From: Botryllus schlosseri
Lineage: Eukaryota
Reading direction: 5' to 3'
Assembly: GCA_051294905.1 (NCBI GenBank)
Contig: CM119371.1
Coordinates: forward strand, 41,418,001 to 41,482,000
Length of the DNA stretch: 64,000 nucleotides
The position numbers were made by a program, and so were the translations under genes. Below the pieces are notes generated by a model. That model saw only the letters and a program-made list of their open reading frames with translations. It made no database searches and was not told where the DNA came from. Shown one piece after another: positions 52,401 through 62,888 of this stretch; the stretch's first letter is position 1, and each line of letters starts with the position of its first letter.

Positions 52401-54848
52401 AAATGGGATGCTACTCCACAGTGTCCTGACCGTAGTCGAAATATCAGGCGTTCGATATGGCGACTGCCGTTTTTCTCGGGTCCTGTGGTGAGTGTGCTGT
52501 GGAATTGCTTGTAGTGGGATCCCCGTTCATCGGCAGAGTATTCGCATTGCCAGATCTCCTGGGTAACTTTCTTCATCTCGGCTTTGGCGTCCGGCACGGT
52601 AATGATTGGAGTGTGGTTCGATTGATCTTGCGTTGACGAGCCTACTCGGGTTAATTCGTCTGCTTTTTCGTTACCTGAAATTCCTGCGTGTCCTGGAACC
52701 CAAGAAAATTCAACAGCGATACTGGTATCATGTATATGTTTAAATATTTCCAATATGGATACAATAACGTTATTTGATGGTCGGTTCAGAGGTCTAGAAA
52801 CCGCCGTTAATGCGGATAGGCAATCTGAGAAGATGACGTAAGTGTGGTTTCGCGTGCCGTGGTCGAGTATCCAAAATAATGCATGCTCAATCGCCTTCAA
52901 TTCCATTGTAAAGGCTGATGATATCGGTGAGCAGGTACGAGAGATTGCGATATCATGCACCGGAATATATACCCCGTAACCAGCGCCATTGGAATTTTTT
53001 GAGCCGTCTGTGTAGATTGCCACACAGCCCCCATATCGTTCAAACATGAAATCTAGGCATATGGATTTGATGTTTTCCAGTATTTCGCATTTCGAAGTGT
53101 ATTTAAGTAGATCCAGGTCTGCGACGGGGATCGTTATTGTCCATGGTGGTGTGGTAAACCATTGTTGTGTCTCGACAGTCACGCTGTCGAGAATATGCAA
53201 GAAGTGAATAATGACGGGCGGCGTATGTATTGCAGGGTATTATTTTCTTCGCCCTGTTCTGTTTGCGTCGAAACAAAGTGAGGCAGCTGTGGATAGCTCA
53301 ATTCAGCGTCTGCTGCAAATGCGACATAATCAAAAAGTCGAAAACAGGTAACTGTTCCGCTTCTACGCTTGTCTTGAGCATTGTTACAAAGTAAAGCTAT
53401 CTCAATCCGAATTTACCGATTTCCTCGTGCCTTGACGGCGGTTGTGTCGCATTTGTTATCGACTGTTCTACAAACAATTTAGAGTTGTTAAAACATAGCT
53501 TTTTTCATATTATACTGATACTAATTGTAATTTACTAATTATGCTTACAGTACTGATACCAATGCAATAAATAATGTTTGTAACAATTTGTTGGGTTGCC
53601 TATAAAAAGGCGCTGCACATTGAATTAGGATCCCTATCCCTGATTGCATTGTACATTGTGTGTGTCATGTTCAGATGAAAATATAATCGGACGAATATGA
53701 TATTTTTTTATTCACAGTAAAACTGGTAACACACATAATCACATAACCCGGTAAGCAACCTGCCCCCAAAAGAAAATTGCGAGATTGGAGTAAATTTTAA
53801 AACTTTCAGTAATGCAGTCAAATTGTTATTCCTGTGCAATACATGAAGATGTCAGATTGCAGTGGAGGCACGGGTTGCAGAGCAGAGGTAAAGATGATTG
53901 GGAATGAAGAATCGAAATCACAAACATTATGCTATGATTCACAAGTGTAAATTAGTCCAGTGGTGCATTCAACGCCTTCCGAAGAATATGCACAGTGCCC
54001 AATAACGTGAACGTTTGGATCATGTCGGATCGAACGTTTCCGGGAATCATTGGATATTATTTACTATTATTATTATTCAACCCATCGGAGAGCAGTTGTA
54101 ATGATAAAATGGGTTTGTTTCAAAAAATACAACCTATATTTTTATAGTTCAATTTGCAGATTGCAGCAGCATGAAATAGTCACGTTGTCAACAAAAACAA
54201 TGAATAGCAAATTTTGATTCGTTGCAACCCGTTGCAGTTAAGACATTGGATTTCAAAAAATATAGCATTTAATTCGGCAAATTCGATCATTAGGCTATGC
54301 TGCTCCAATAACGTCGCGTCGCTTCTGCAAGTTGGAATTGAGCCAAATTTGTTAAGCATTTCTTAGACAATGCAATAACTGCAAGGGGTAGGCAATTAAA
54401 TTTGAAGAATATTATTTCTATTTTATTTTAAATTATTCAAAAATGTTTTATTCTTCCGCTTCTGCTGTCAGCTGATTGAAACGAGTTAACTTCGATATGC
54501 AGCGTGTTATTGACGCAACCTAACAATGTTATCATAAATCCAGTATAATTTTAAAAAATAGTTAGTTTTGAACAACTTTAATAGACTGACGGAGCATTTC
54601 GGAGCATTATTAGTATTTTATTATTTATTATATAATTTTAACGCCCCATTAAATACCGATACCCTTATCCAGCTACTTCGTCGACATACGACACGGGAGG
54701 AACTCTTCCGTCAACAGTACGTTCCCAAAGTACGATCAGAGTGAAAAAGGGTAATTTTCCTTGATTACAGTATTATGATATCGTTAGAACTAACGGGATT
54801 TCGTTACGTTTAGATGAAATCGCCATGGCAAGCTTACAATCCGAATGA
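7290..54848 (+). CDS. Adhesion G-protein-coupled receptor (EGF-like/SEA/HRM/GAIN-GPS/7TM), 5'-partial, 17 exons
   Basis: Exons 7290-7451, 8143-8445, 9841-9966, 27932-28041, 29628-29786, 36568-36759, 38851-39057, 39967-40080, 40143-40301, 40381-40493, 41446-41640, 47642-47799, 48276-48436, 51042-51215, 53236-53347, 54673-54750, 54814-54848. All are AG/GT flanked, phases are compatible and there are no internal stops. Secretin-class TM motifs: IGCTLSIVGL, IHLHLC, WMITE, CWL, LLGVTW, NAFQG. Confidence 0.9.
8143..8445 (+). CDS. aGPCR exon: SEA domain
   Basis: YKEEYANTSSPEFQRISENITKII...VKKITQGSVVVWY; TTTTAG acceptor, GTAAG donor at 8446. Confidence 0.88.
9841..9966 (+). CDS. aGPCR exon: HRM domain, first half
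   Basis: VAAPDTCLPDKIKPHATVVSSWNFGESKPGDWVRSNENCEDD; phase 1-1. Confidence 0.75.
10569..11564 (-). CDS. 331-aa intronless ORF: RT-like N-terminus, Thr/Ser-rich stalk, single TM helix, basic tail (env-like topology)
   Basis: ORF track; hydrophobic VVVIMVVTGLMARVIVLWVGCI followed by RCRRRR; several N-x-S/T sequons (NQT, NST, NTT, NYT). Confidence 0.45.
   Translation of the reverse strand: MNYYKTRRVALDSSKTDVRGKPPSQEVYMIAYYSPTWVTPAAKDYDPSTTALKHLPPLTIQWRMKARLVQVRRSKSMANKKGEYKTVKPIDATYGKQQLQTLRARNQTDGMTKIIGETPTTTRVYPVTTENCRTLQNSTEDGRTDIGTDYQNPDHNRKVSTETTVLYSTGDDKDDSSPRSVELMNTTLESTMVDASPLPGQKNQRLGTPAPEYSRLSRATVGKTTTDFDDYNYTRWLHELVMMEGGYKVRGLSLTDRMIMEGANLIPIVEPVVVIMVVTGLMARVIVLWVGCIRCRRRRTLSRLRKTRRQNGTSQLMAISVIRNTTETDII
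10569..14460 (-). mobile_element. Degenerate Ty3/gypsy-like LTR-retrotransposon derivative (gag remnant, Zn-knuckle, aspartic protease, RT N-terminus, then Thr-rich TM ORF)
   Basis: On the minus strand: knuckle-like KCGK...NTC/HGKRH (~13300-13400); protease FCADTGS...PLDIVGLKWI (~12910-13140); RT start YDPFASELDSL...KPFVFGPY...GIIEQGFAE*KLAIFVVHEK/RRVALD (11500-11868). No YxDD, RNase H or integrase. LTRs not resolved. Confidence 0.6.
17435..20578 (-). mobile_element. ISL2EU-like (PIF/Harbinger-IS5 group) DNA transposon, decayed
   Basis: ~300-bp TIRs (17432-17520 is a perfect inverse of 20493-20581) and AT flanks. A THAP remnant WIKACGLP lies at ~19830-19860 and a DDE_Tnp_4-like ORF at 18617-19039 (GTISDR, IMAEKGF, RIHIEQLIGRIK). 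Confidence 0.85.
18617..19039 (-). pseudogene. Harbinger/ISL2EU-type DDE transposase C-terminal fragment
   Basis: MAEKGF where the consensus is MADKGF; RIHIEQLIGRIKEYKIL where the consensus is RIHVERxIxRIKxFxIL. Upstream frames are broken. Confidence 0.85.
24500..25720 (+). pseudogene. THAP-domain P-element-like transposase relic with internal deletion
   Basis: NFPQGQHLRQKWIRAIP...RVCAEHF and PGDVPHIF (THAP); MAERGGYAEP and AFNCFAKTEL (P-type C-terminus); frameshifted. Confidence 0.6.
26430..26615. repeat. (GGAGTC)n array, MITE subterminal type
   Basis: Tandem GGAGTC units ending GACTCCACATCCCGG. Confidence 0.7.
26968..27870. mobile_element. hAT-like MITE with GACTCGAGTC-rich subtermini
   Basis: CAGTGTTG...CAACACTG; 8-bp TSD CGTGATTC/AGTGATTC. 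Confidence 0.8.
27932..28041 (+). CDS. aGPCR exon: HRM domain, second half
   Basis: (D)YTATIRCINGSNGARYDRSSLQEYSCSVTWESVSIY; CAG acceptor, GTGAGT donor; phase 1-0 bridges the neighbouring exons. Confidence 0.75.
28232..28551. mobile_element. hAT-like MITE, TIR TAGGGTTACCATA (family also at 3002, 38143, 51228, 56458, 57168)
   Basis: TSD CCTAACGT/ACTAACGT here; ACATAGAG/ACATACAG at 51228-51650; CTTATAAA/CTTATAAA at 56458-56889. Confidence 0.85.
28737..29189. mobile_element. hAT-like MITE (GGGTTGCATTTA termini); inverted relative at 39251-39830
   Basis: TSD CCCATGTC/CCCATGCC; second copy has TSD GTTTCATT/GCTTCATT. Confidence 0.75.
29628..29786 (+). CDS. aGPCR exon: GAIN subdomain A
   Basis: EKGAQLTEDLLTDFMTAITTLSSKYKESTTDDFDIFIDLYHDISQSVEQTEIK; phase 0-0, GTAAGC donor. 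Confidence 0.75.
30003..30916. mobile_element. hAT-like GACTCGAGTC MITE (inverted relative of 26968-27870)
   Basis: Perfect 8-bp TSD CACCTGAG. Confidence 0.8.
32300..32540 (-). mobile_element. CR1/L2-group LINE ORF2 3' fragment
   Basis: HRSIKYSGLHLWNSIPAVVK motif. Confidence 0.6.
32696..32952 (+). mobile_element. tRNA-derived SINE (deleted copy at ~57915-58027)
   Basis: A box GATAGTGTAATAG, B box GGTTCGATCCC, central GGTCATCCCAAAGACT, (CT)n tail. Confidence 0.8.
33700..34130 (+). mobile_element. L2/CR1-group LINE 3' fragment with (ATG)n tail
   Basis: LPAIRQSTSMSTFKSKYKQLLLNK, then AATAAA and ATGATGATG. A related 3' UTR lies at ~38620-38735. Confidence 0.6.
35584..36142. mobile_element. hAT-like MITE CAGGGTTGTAA...TTACAACCCTG (GAGTC arrays)
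   Basis: Perfect TSD AGTTGCCG; relatives at 33400-33592 and 41685-42226. Confidence 0.85.
36568..36759 (+). CDS. aGPCR exon: GAIN
   Basis: VSELAMYNIILATDNL...STKLVRSLGIFADNIAL...SVKFL; TTCCAG acceptor, GTAAGT donor. Confidence 0.8.
36956..38137. mobile_element. hAT-Charlie-like non-autonomous element
   Basis: CAGAGGTCTCAAAC...GTTTGAGACCTCTG with GCGGCCCGC subterminal motifs; perfect TSD ATCTATAG. Confidence 0.85.
38851..39057 (+). CDS. aGPCR exon: GAIN subdomain B
   Basis: AQKVDGLSSVEF...AHVPQSAL...AVFFLHRDKTLFP; phase 0-0. Confidence 0.82.
39967..40080 (+). CDS. aGPCR exon: GAIN subdomain B
   Basis: ILSIQITNTTLQNLPETIKISF, a typical pre-GPS strand; followed by a 62-nt intron. Confidence 0.85.
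40143..40301 (+). CDS. aGPCR exon: GPS motif
   Basis: CTFLDVETGNWEYSGC...ITCSCNHEANFAVLV. Confidence 0.92.
40381..40493 (+). CDS. aGPCR exon: TM1
   Basis: LDIVGKIGCTLSIVGLSLTIVTYLYFR. Confidence 0.92.
41446..41640 (+). CDS. aGPCR exon: TM2-TM3
   Basis: SLRKNKLTQIHLHLCASLLVGYLTFLAGV...CQVVTAVLQFSFLSACGWMITEFYVMY; an alternative in-frame acceptor starts the exon at 41425. Confidence 0.92.
43067..45699 (+). pseudogene. gag: BEL/Pao gag, disrupted by a LINE insertion (44591-~45180) and a stop at 45418-45420
   Basis: The ORF is open from 43067 to ...FSDFL. It resumes as LIDKWCCKVSKY...YPPFEYFVSFV, then CMFCGENDHHIPDC...CYGC...CRKCGKLHLTSLH. Confidence 0.88.
44591..45180 (-). mobile_element. 5'-truncated CR1/L2-group LINE
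   Basis: HSHYTRSS...KRSIDYSGPIIWNALP...FKKAL; 3' UTR hairpin GACTAGATGACCTTCACGGTC, AATAAA and a (TC)n tail. Confidence 0.85.
47642..47799 (+). CDS. aGPCR exon: ICL2-TM4
   Basis: KFIRVMEHIHRRFVFMASILVYAASLTTTAITVVVAF; the donor GTTCGT was chosen to give phase 1 and is weak. Confidence 0.75.
48276..48436 (+). CDS. aGPCR exon: ECL2-TM5
   Basis: DRLCWLHSYALYFGFLVPVGIMFAINFVGFIVIM. Confidence 0.92.
49079..50494. mobile_element. hAT MITE, uninterrupted copy
   Basis: Perfect TSD GGCTAGAC; collinear with 42258-42575 plus 46379-47505. Confidence 0.9.
51042..51215 (+). CDS. aGPCR exon: TM6-TM7
   Basis: LISSLLGVTWMFAVPL...FSWLFSIGNAFQ. Confidence 0.92.
52080..53202 (-). mobile_element. 5'-truncated I-group LINE (RNase H + CCHC), (TAA)n tail
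   Basis: ORF 52175-53200 has YTDGS, ELKAI, FSDC, WVPGHAGISGNEKAD and RLRSGH...CEEC...ETVEHFLISC; 10-bp TSD AGTGAATAAT at 52070-52079 and 53203-53212. Confidence 0.93.
53236..53347 (+). CDS. aGPCR exon: end of TM7 and helix 8
   Basis: GIIFFALFCLRRNKVRQLW...CCKC. Confidence 0.9.
54673..54848 (+). CDS. aGPCR putative terminal exons (54673-54750, 54814-54848)
   Basis: ATSSTYDTGGTLPSTVRSQSTIRVKK / DEIAMASLQSE*; phase 1-1, 63-nt intron. Confidence 0.55.
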
Positions 54849-55235
54849 GGATTGTCAGTAATCCCTCAAGCAAGATGGGAGATGTATAGCAAAATAACAC
54901 ACTGCGGCATACGTTTCAAAATAAGCTATGCCCCAAGGGTCTTTCCCCTCAGTGTCGCAGCGTTAAATTCTTCTTTTAGAAATATAGTTATTCGCTTCCT
55001 TGCAGTGTAGTACAAATGATTTCAACATCGTTTTAGGGATACTAGTATCATTATTGAAATGAGATTGCAGGCTAAACCATTGCAAATCGCTGGTACCCTG
55101 GTTTTCCATATTCGAAAGCTATTATTTTCTTGAATTCCTGTCTTTGTAGCGCCCTAGCCTCTTGAGCTTTTCAACTTTTATGTTCCCTGTCGTTGGAATC
55201 GTGACAGCGTAACATTGATTAAATACTTTCCCCGC

Positions 55236-55480
55236 CAGGTGACAAGATAGCGCAGTGGTACGATCCAAAGGTGCAACACCAATAGGTTGCTGGGTCACGT
55301 CCGACCGAAATCGACACCTGAATCTTTTCCCTAGTGGCGAGGGTTTGTCAGGGATGTCTACATATCTCTTGGGGTTTATCTATGCTCCTTCTCGTCATCT
55401 GATTCGCGAAAGCATTGTCCTAAAAAGCCTAAAAGTGAGCCTTGCTACAAAGTGGCAGATGCGGAGTCAAAATAAATATA
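55236..55480 (+). mobile_element. Degenerate tRNA-derived SINE (relative at ~41765-41860)
   Basis: AGATAGCGCAGTGG A-box-like; CAATAGGTTG and TCCGACCGA are shared with the 41765 copy. Confidence 0.5.
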
Positions 55481-57522
55481 ATCGACCAATTGTAAATGAT
55501 TATTGCAGTCGAAAAACACCATAAAACAACACCAACGCCGGTGTTGTCATCCTGCCTAACGACAGGTAATTATTAGGGTAATAGTACTGAAGTATAACTT
55601 TTGTATAGTACGACGCGTTCAAATATTGTTAAACCGATGATAGCAATCAATAACTTTTAAAATACATGGTCTCTGTCCACGAAAGACGGGGAGTGGGCCA
55701 TAGTATTCAAGGCATACGGACATGGTTTCTGAACTGCCATCCTCGGTTTTGATGGAGTAGATACATTATCGCCGGTCACGACGATATGCGACGCCCAAAA
55801 ACGATCAAAGTTGACATTGAACTAAATTAAAATAAAACGAGAAGTTATTGTGTACACGCGCGCTCTTGAATATAATCGCGACATTCATCAAGTCACTTGG
55901 TTTTTACTATTATAGCGATCATCATTGTGTTAAACATAAAATACAACGAATTGCATTTCCATACTGTTCATTGATGCTCGTTCTTTGTGAGTTTTATATT
56001 ACTTTGGTTATGCACTTGCTTTGAAATATATACTCGATTGCTCATATATCCTGTCTCTCGCTCCATATCAGATTTTAGCTTATAAGTAGGGCAATTTTAT
56101 TTACCTAAAAAACGGAAGATTGTGATCAAAAAAATCAAAATTTTGACAATATTTGACCTTAAAAAACTTGATTTTCACCAAATTTTGACCTTACGTATGC
56201 AAATTAGTTGTTTTCCCACATAATGTTAGAATTGTACTACTTGTCTTCATTTCTGGTTCGAACTTTCCGTTCTTACAAAGTAGCTCGACCCGAAAAAACT
56301 TTTGTGACTCGAAAACTGACAAATTCTTTCATCGAAAAACTTAATTTTAACGAAATCCGGCCCTATGAAGAATTCTAGTAGTTCACTTATTATGGTAGAA
56401 ATAATTATAAATCACAATAAGCAGGCAATGGGCCGTCTACAGCGGTAGGCTTATAAATAGGCTTACCATACGTCCTCTTTTAAGAGGATTTGTCCTCTCT
56501 TTTGACTTTTTTGAAAGTGTTCTCGGAGGACGCCTTCTTGTCCTCTTTTTTGAGATTTTGTCCTCTTTTTTGAAAATTTAGGTCAGATTTAGAGGATATT
56601 GCGAGTGATATGCCGAAAATTAGCACAGAAGTGACGGTCCGGCGGATATTTCGGTGTGAAAAACGGTGAATTTAGCTCTGAGCGAAAAGATGACCTAGTC
56701 ATCCGCCTGGCAATGTGGAAAAAAAAACGGTATTTTGAGCTCTGAGCGGAAGTGATGACCTTTTTTTTTTAGTCAACCGATCACAAAGTGGGAAAACTTC
56801 ACCGGTATTTGAGGATTCTACTCCGGCTGCATCTTGTAGATTTCTGAAAAAGTGTCCTCTTTTTACATTTTCAAAATATGGTAAGCCTACTTATAAAGGA
56901 TAGGCTACAAACAGTAAAATGTCAAATGATAAGTTCACCGATACAAACAAAATGCAATTGTAAAAAATTGACATTGTTTACAATTTTGACATTTTTTTAC
57001 CGAACGCTACATTTTTGACATGTCAAAAAAATTGCAGAACTTATTAGTCATTAGCTGGTGAGTGTTAATGTTTCAGTTCAACGATAATAATGTGTTTTAG
57101 GGTCTGGATCCTTGTGCAATATGTGCTCGAACACAGGATTATTTGCATTATCCACTATATTATTACGTAGGGTTACGATATGTGAAATCGAAAATGTCCT
57201 CCGAAATCGCATAAAAGTCCTCCTTTTTGGCAATTCGTCCTCCTTTATAGCTTTTTGATAGCTAGGCTGATGGACAGGGCGAACTGAAATCCGGCATATA
57301 TGATTTTTTTAGTCAACGCCATATAAGAATCGTGAAAAGGGTATAATTCGGGAGCTGAGTCAAACTAACGACCTTTTTTAAGCTGTTTTCAATTGCGGTA
57401 AACTAACTTTTATGATCTGATAAAAGTTTCCTCCTTTTCCGATTCCAAAATACGGTACCCCTCCCTATTATTATACGAAATTGATGTTTTCAACGTAGCA
57501 TGACTGATATCACACCTTTTCG

Positions 57523-57837
57523 AGGGGAAGCGAGTGGCGCAGTTGGTTAAACACTGCTGTCACGACACCAACCGCTGGTGGTTCGAGTCACGGCTCTGCC
57601 ATGTTTCTATGCGTCGGAGATTTATCTGGGCTCCTCATCGCCGATCTCGCTGTATAGACAGCGCCTTGAAAAGCCCAGAAGAAGAGAGAGTCGACCTCTG
57701 GAAAGATGGCAGCCAATGACCAGAAAAAAGACGAAGCAAGACCGCAAAAGACATTGTGTTAATTCAATTCATGTGCTGGGCGCAAATAACCATATGTGCG
57801 ATAAGCGCCAATGATGTAATAAAAAAAATAAAAAAAA
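57523..57837 (+). mobile_element. tRNA-derived SINE with A-rich tail
   Basis: A box TGGCGCAGTTGG, B box GGTTCGAGTCA, A-rich end. Confidence 0.75.
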
Positions 57838-60800
57838 CATTTCGAGTATATAAGTTGAATATTCTTTATATATATATATATATGAGGAGATGCATTTCTG
57901 ATCAGGCAACAATCGTGAGATAGTGTAATGGTTATGCGTTCGGCTTCTCGAGCGGTAGGTCGTGGGTTCGATCCTCGGGTGATACCAAAGACTAGGTGCT
58001 CAGCAATCACGGATAGCATGGAGGAGACACCATTTTGTGCGGCCCGCGAATGCATCGAGAAACGTGTTAGAAATATCGATTAAAATGTGCAGTAAAAAAT
58101 TACTGAAGCGACTTGATTGAACTTTTTTAAATACATTTTAACTGGAAATTGATTAAGTTATAATCTTATTGTTGCATTTTATTATTTTATTTTTAGTACA
58201 ATAGCCCAACCTGGGGGCCTACGCATTTTGAAACTCTTCTGTTGCTAAATATCCATGACACTCAAAACGGAAATGAGCGAGTTTGGATCACAATTGTGAT
58301 TTTAGAGTAGAACTTTAAGCACTTAAAACAAACGATTCGTGTTTGGTGGATTCGTCCTCTATATGCGCAGTTAGTTGCAAATCATTAATAACTTCGGTCT
58401 CTACTCATCCATAATGAGTAGTCCAAAGCAATACAAAAAGCGGAAAGTTGAAGATGAATGGTGCTGCAATCAATAAAGAATCAACTTTTAGGTGGGCCTA
58501 CTTCCGTTGCGGCGTCGATGGTAACACAATTCGTATTACTTGTCATAATTTCACATTATTATAATGAATTCGTTTCTGCAATTCAAAATACCATTTGAAT
58601 CCAAACATCCGAATAATAGGCACAATTTATCGAATTATGAAGTGCAAAATATATCAACGGAATTATGTTAGAGACAGTATAGTAAATTATGTTGATGTCG
58701 TCCTCACAAAATAACGTGAAAGAGTCAGGTTGAATACAGTAAGCCCTGTGCTGAAACTCATTTAAAGGTAACATGTCGGTGTCAGAATTGTGTGTTCTGA
58801 AGTTTGACCAGACGGAGAATCAACATATCTATATAAGCCGATCGTAGCTCACATATTCAAATTTGCATCATATTTAGATGTATTGATTCAGGATGGCCGG
58901 TTTATAAAATCTCGGTAATGTTTCAGACGCGTGAGCGTTATCATCAAATCACCATTTTAATTGTTTTAATATACATTAATATGTACACATATTTATTATA
59001 TCCACGTCTTCGGCGGCTGAAAGTATGGGTCACGATGGCTATAATTTTGGGTCGCGATGGCATCTGGGTGATCTTTTAATATGTAATATCAGGGATATCT
59101 AAAACTTAAAACTTTTAGATATCCCTGGTAATATTTGATGAATTTCTTTCAACTACTCTAGGCCAATCATCAGCGAGACGCGTGGAAAAGTCATTACAGC
59201 AACTTGGCTCGATCATAAAAATGTGCCGACCGCTGTATTGGTTTGAACCCACCACAAGATTCGTCCGACCATGTTTTCTCTAAAACACACTGCCGAGGAT
59301 CGTTAGGATGCTCTAGTGTAGGGGTGTGCAAGCGCAGTGTGCAACGATCGGGTGCGAGACTATGAGAGAGATGACTTGCGATGCAACCCCTGTTGCGCCA
59401 GGACACATGAAGACACTATGTTTTGGCGAGCATATCGATAGGTAAAGTGCGGTACCAAAAAACTGCCGGCGATAAAACCAAATGACCTTCGCTGGTAGGC
59501 TAGTACCTTCGATATTGATATGACCGGTCGTCGAAATGGTTGGTACCGAATAGTCGGAGTATATAGAATATCATTACAAGTGCGACCCGAGGTCAAATAA
59601 CACACTCCAATTTGAAATTGCGTGAGTCAGAGATGTTCATTGTTCAATGTTCATAGAGCTACATTGCGTTCGACTGCTGTCTGCGCGTTCTCTATATCGT
59701 ATACATGCCCGTAAAATGTAGCATAGCTATATTAAAATGAATACGATTTGATGTGCGATGCTTGGGTCGCGAAATGCCACTAAAACTCGGATTTATGTCG
59801 CTGTCAAAATGGTTAAAGAACCACTGTTCTTATCATCGAATAAAAGGCTTATAATTACGATTTTACTATAGTGCGGCCCGCAAATCAATTCAGATGTTGA
59901 ATGCGGCCCGCGAGCTGAAAAGTTTGCCCACCCCTGACTTACAGTCTTTACTAAGGGTTTCTACGGCCGAAATGCAGCCAGAGTTCAAAGAACTTGTTGA
60001 CAACTTTGATCCACCACAGACGTCTCATTATCTTCAACAGCTATTGAAGTATTACATTACGTTAAGAAATCAATCAATCACGTTTTTTTCTCTATGTTTT
60101 AAACTAATAGTTTACATTAACTAAGGTTTATTACTTGCGATGGTGCATAAATACGCGATTATCAAGATAAGTAATCCGGCCCGCCAACTAGCCTACCTCA
60201 TTTTCTCATATCAGGCTTGCCTACTGAAGAAGTTGCCCGCCTCTGGTCAGAGAAATAATAGGAAGTATACGACTGTTGATAAACATCGAGAACGCCCAGT
60301 AGAAATTCGCACATATTTATTAACATCTGAATCGCTAGTGGCGGTAAACACGATATCGTAGTACATTTCTGCTTGAAGCCATAATAATGTAGGCTATAGA
60401 TAACGTCAGGATAACAGTTATCAGTACACAAACATAGGCAGCGTACTCGTTTAGGATCAGCAAGGAATCTGGATATCATCGCGTAACGACGACCTCGCTA
60501 TCGAAATTAAACACGAACGAGAAGCGCTGGAGTTATTCATTAACGGAAAGTATCATCCAGCAGAGCGGCATATTGAAATCATGAATGCACCTGTAGCCTG
60601 CAACATCATATACCAACATGATGTGTAGGCCTATATCGCAATTTCAAAGTGGCAAACCCAAAATATGGGCTATATATGAATATTATAAATATTATATATA
60701 TACTATAAATATATCAATCAATATATTTGACTTCGTGTGAAGACCATCTGTTATGAAATTTTGGTCGTGAAAAAGTAATTATATCATGCATATAGAAATT

Positions 60801-62888
60801 TAGGCATTGGTGAATCAGGAATCAGAGTTGGGAGTACGCTGCATACATTATAATTTAATACCCGTCTGGAAGATGGGTAACTTTGTATGCAAATAGCGTG
60901 ACGAGTCGTGATCTGGCGGAATTACCCCTTTAATTTTTAAAATTTACAGCATGTTTTGTAAGTGGAGGATTTCAACCAAGAATAAGACTTGCAAAATATT
61001 TATCAAAGAGTATACAAGGCAGATTTGTTAAAATTCAGGCAGTGAACCTACATTTTATGGAGATATACCTCTGGCCACGGGGACGGGGTAGGCTTGCAAT
61101 GGTAAATAGGCAACCGTGAAATTTACATTTACGACAGTCTTCCAAATCATACAATGGTACACTATGTATTGAACCATACCAACAAGGATATATGCTACAT
61201 TGGTTCGCTGCGTACCTGTACGTACACGTACGCGGGATATATTGGAAATGGAATACAAACTCAGAATTAAATGAATTACATAGTAGTGCACAAACTGATG
61301 AAATTTAGCAAAAATATCTCAAACGTGAACAACAGCCACGGTACAACTACGTTGTAATTTCAATGGCGAGCTTTGCAACAATTTTGTATTTGGTCCATTA
61401 CTTGCCAAAGTGAAAGATATCGCATCCCGAAAACACGACTGCTACGTACATCAGCTCATACGTTATATTGAATACACACCAAACTGAAAGGCAAATATTA
61501 GGTCTTGTGAGCAGGGTCATTACGGTTAGGTAAAGCAACAGGTGGTGATCAAAAGATGACAAAAATTAGGTAGCATAAATTGAACATTATTTCATGCATA
61601 ATACCCTTTAATATGATCGAGATATCTGGTCCTGCTGGGCCGAAAGAGACGCCGTCGGCCATATTGAGGCGGAAATAACGATTATAAATTATCACAGTGC
61701 GCGTGTGTATTGTAAAATTGTCCATTGGTCATGACTATAGGGCTGGGCATAGTGATTCGATTTAAATACTCAAATACTAATCGATTTTGATGATTGTCGT
61801 CCCGACACTTTCTTGTCGCTACGGGAGCCTTGAAACCACGACACGAGGTGGCATATCATTCAATACGTGCATCAAAAGGCAGACCACGTTCATGGAAGCG
61901 ACATTTCCGCACAGTAACGACCGTCAATCGAATCACAACGACACGTTGCTACCAGTAAATTATAAATAATTTACAAAATGAAGAGAAACCGGCATTATTT
62001 ACTTCGTGGTCGCATACAAAGCACGTAGTTGGACACTTCCATTCTCCCTTACTGATATGGCGCCATAATGCGTAGTTCGAGAATATTCGATTGGCCCGAA
62101 GCTTCACACTCGACACTTGACTCGAGATCCAACCGCACATATACTCGATTCGCCCAACCCTATTAGTCACGATCAATGGTCACTAGCTGCTCATTTCACG
62201 AAATCGGTATATATATAAACCACAAATGGTCAAAAGTAGACATCGTTGGTAAAGAAAGCAGAAATAGACGTAACGCCTAAATTTCAATTCCAGTACAAGT
62301 AAAAGTATTGATTTCCCAGTGAGCGAAAAAAGTAAGTATGCCTTACTCTAGGCCTGGTTGTTCTGAGCTGAAAACTGTTAAGTGATGGATTCTTAACCAG
62401 GGTTCCGTGGACCCCTTGGGGGTACGAAGCATACCAGACCACGGCTTACGAGATGCATTGTGGAATTAGGCCTATACTTTACCTAAAGCCTACGATCATT
62501 TTACAAACTGACAGAAAATGGAATGTTTTCTGGGCAGTTCTATTCGAATCAAAACTTTTCTTCGCATTATGCGAGATTTCATGTCACTTGTCTTTTTTTA
62601 ATTAATATTTTTAGTATAGGTACCATCAGAAGGTATGTAGAAACTGGAAAGGGGGTAAGAGAAACTGTTTTGAAAGCTCGATGGGTACGATCGCTAAACA
62701 GGTGAAGAAACACTGGTCTAAGTAGTACGTGTCGGCAAAATCTACTTGAGTACTCCGAAAAAGTAGAAGTACTTCGGTAATGACCAACTCTGATATAGAC
62801 TTTCTGCGAGGAACAATAACGAGGGGTTTCGCGAAGCTTTGGACTGGTAACCATCCAGTGTATATTCGGTTCATGTATAGTTCCAGTG

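Noticed and set aside
57523..57600. tRNA gene (also at 32696 and 57915)
   Set aside because: A and B boxes are present, but there is no convincing cloverleaf or T-run terminator, and a SINE body and tail follow.
394..62705. Most 60-140-aa ORFs in the supplied track
   Set aside because: They lie in repeats or introns, lack recognisable motifs and are expected by chance.
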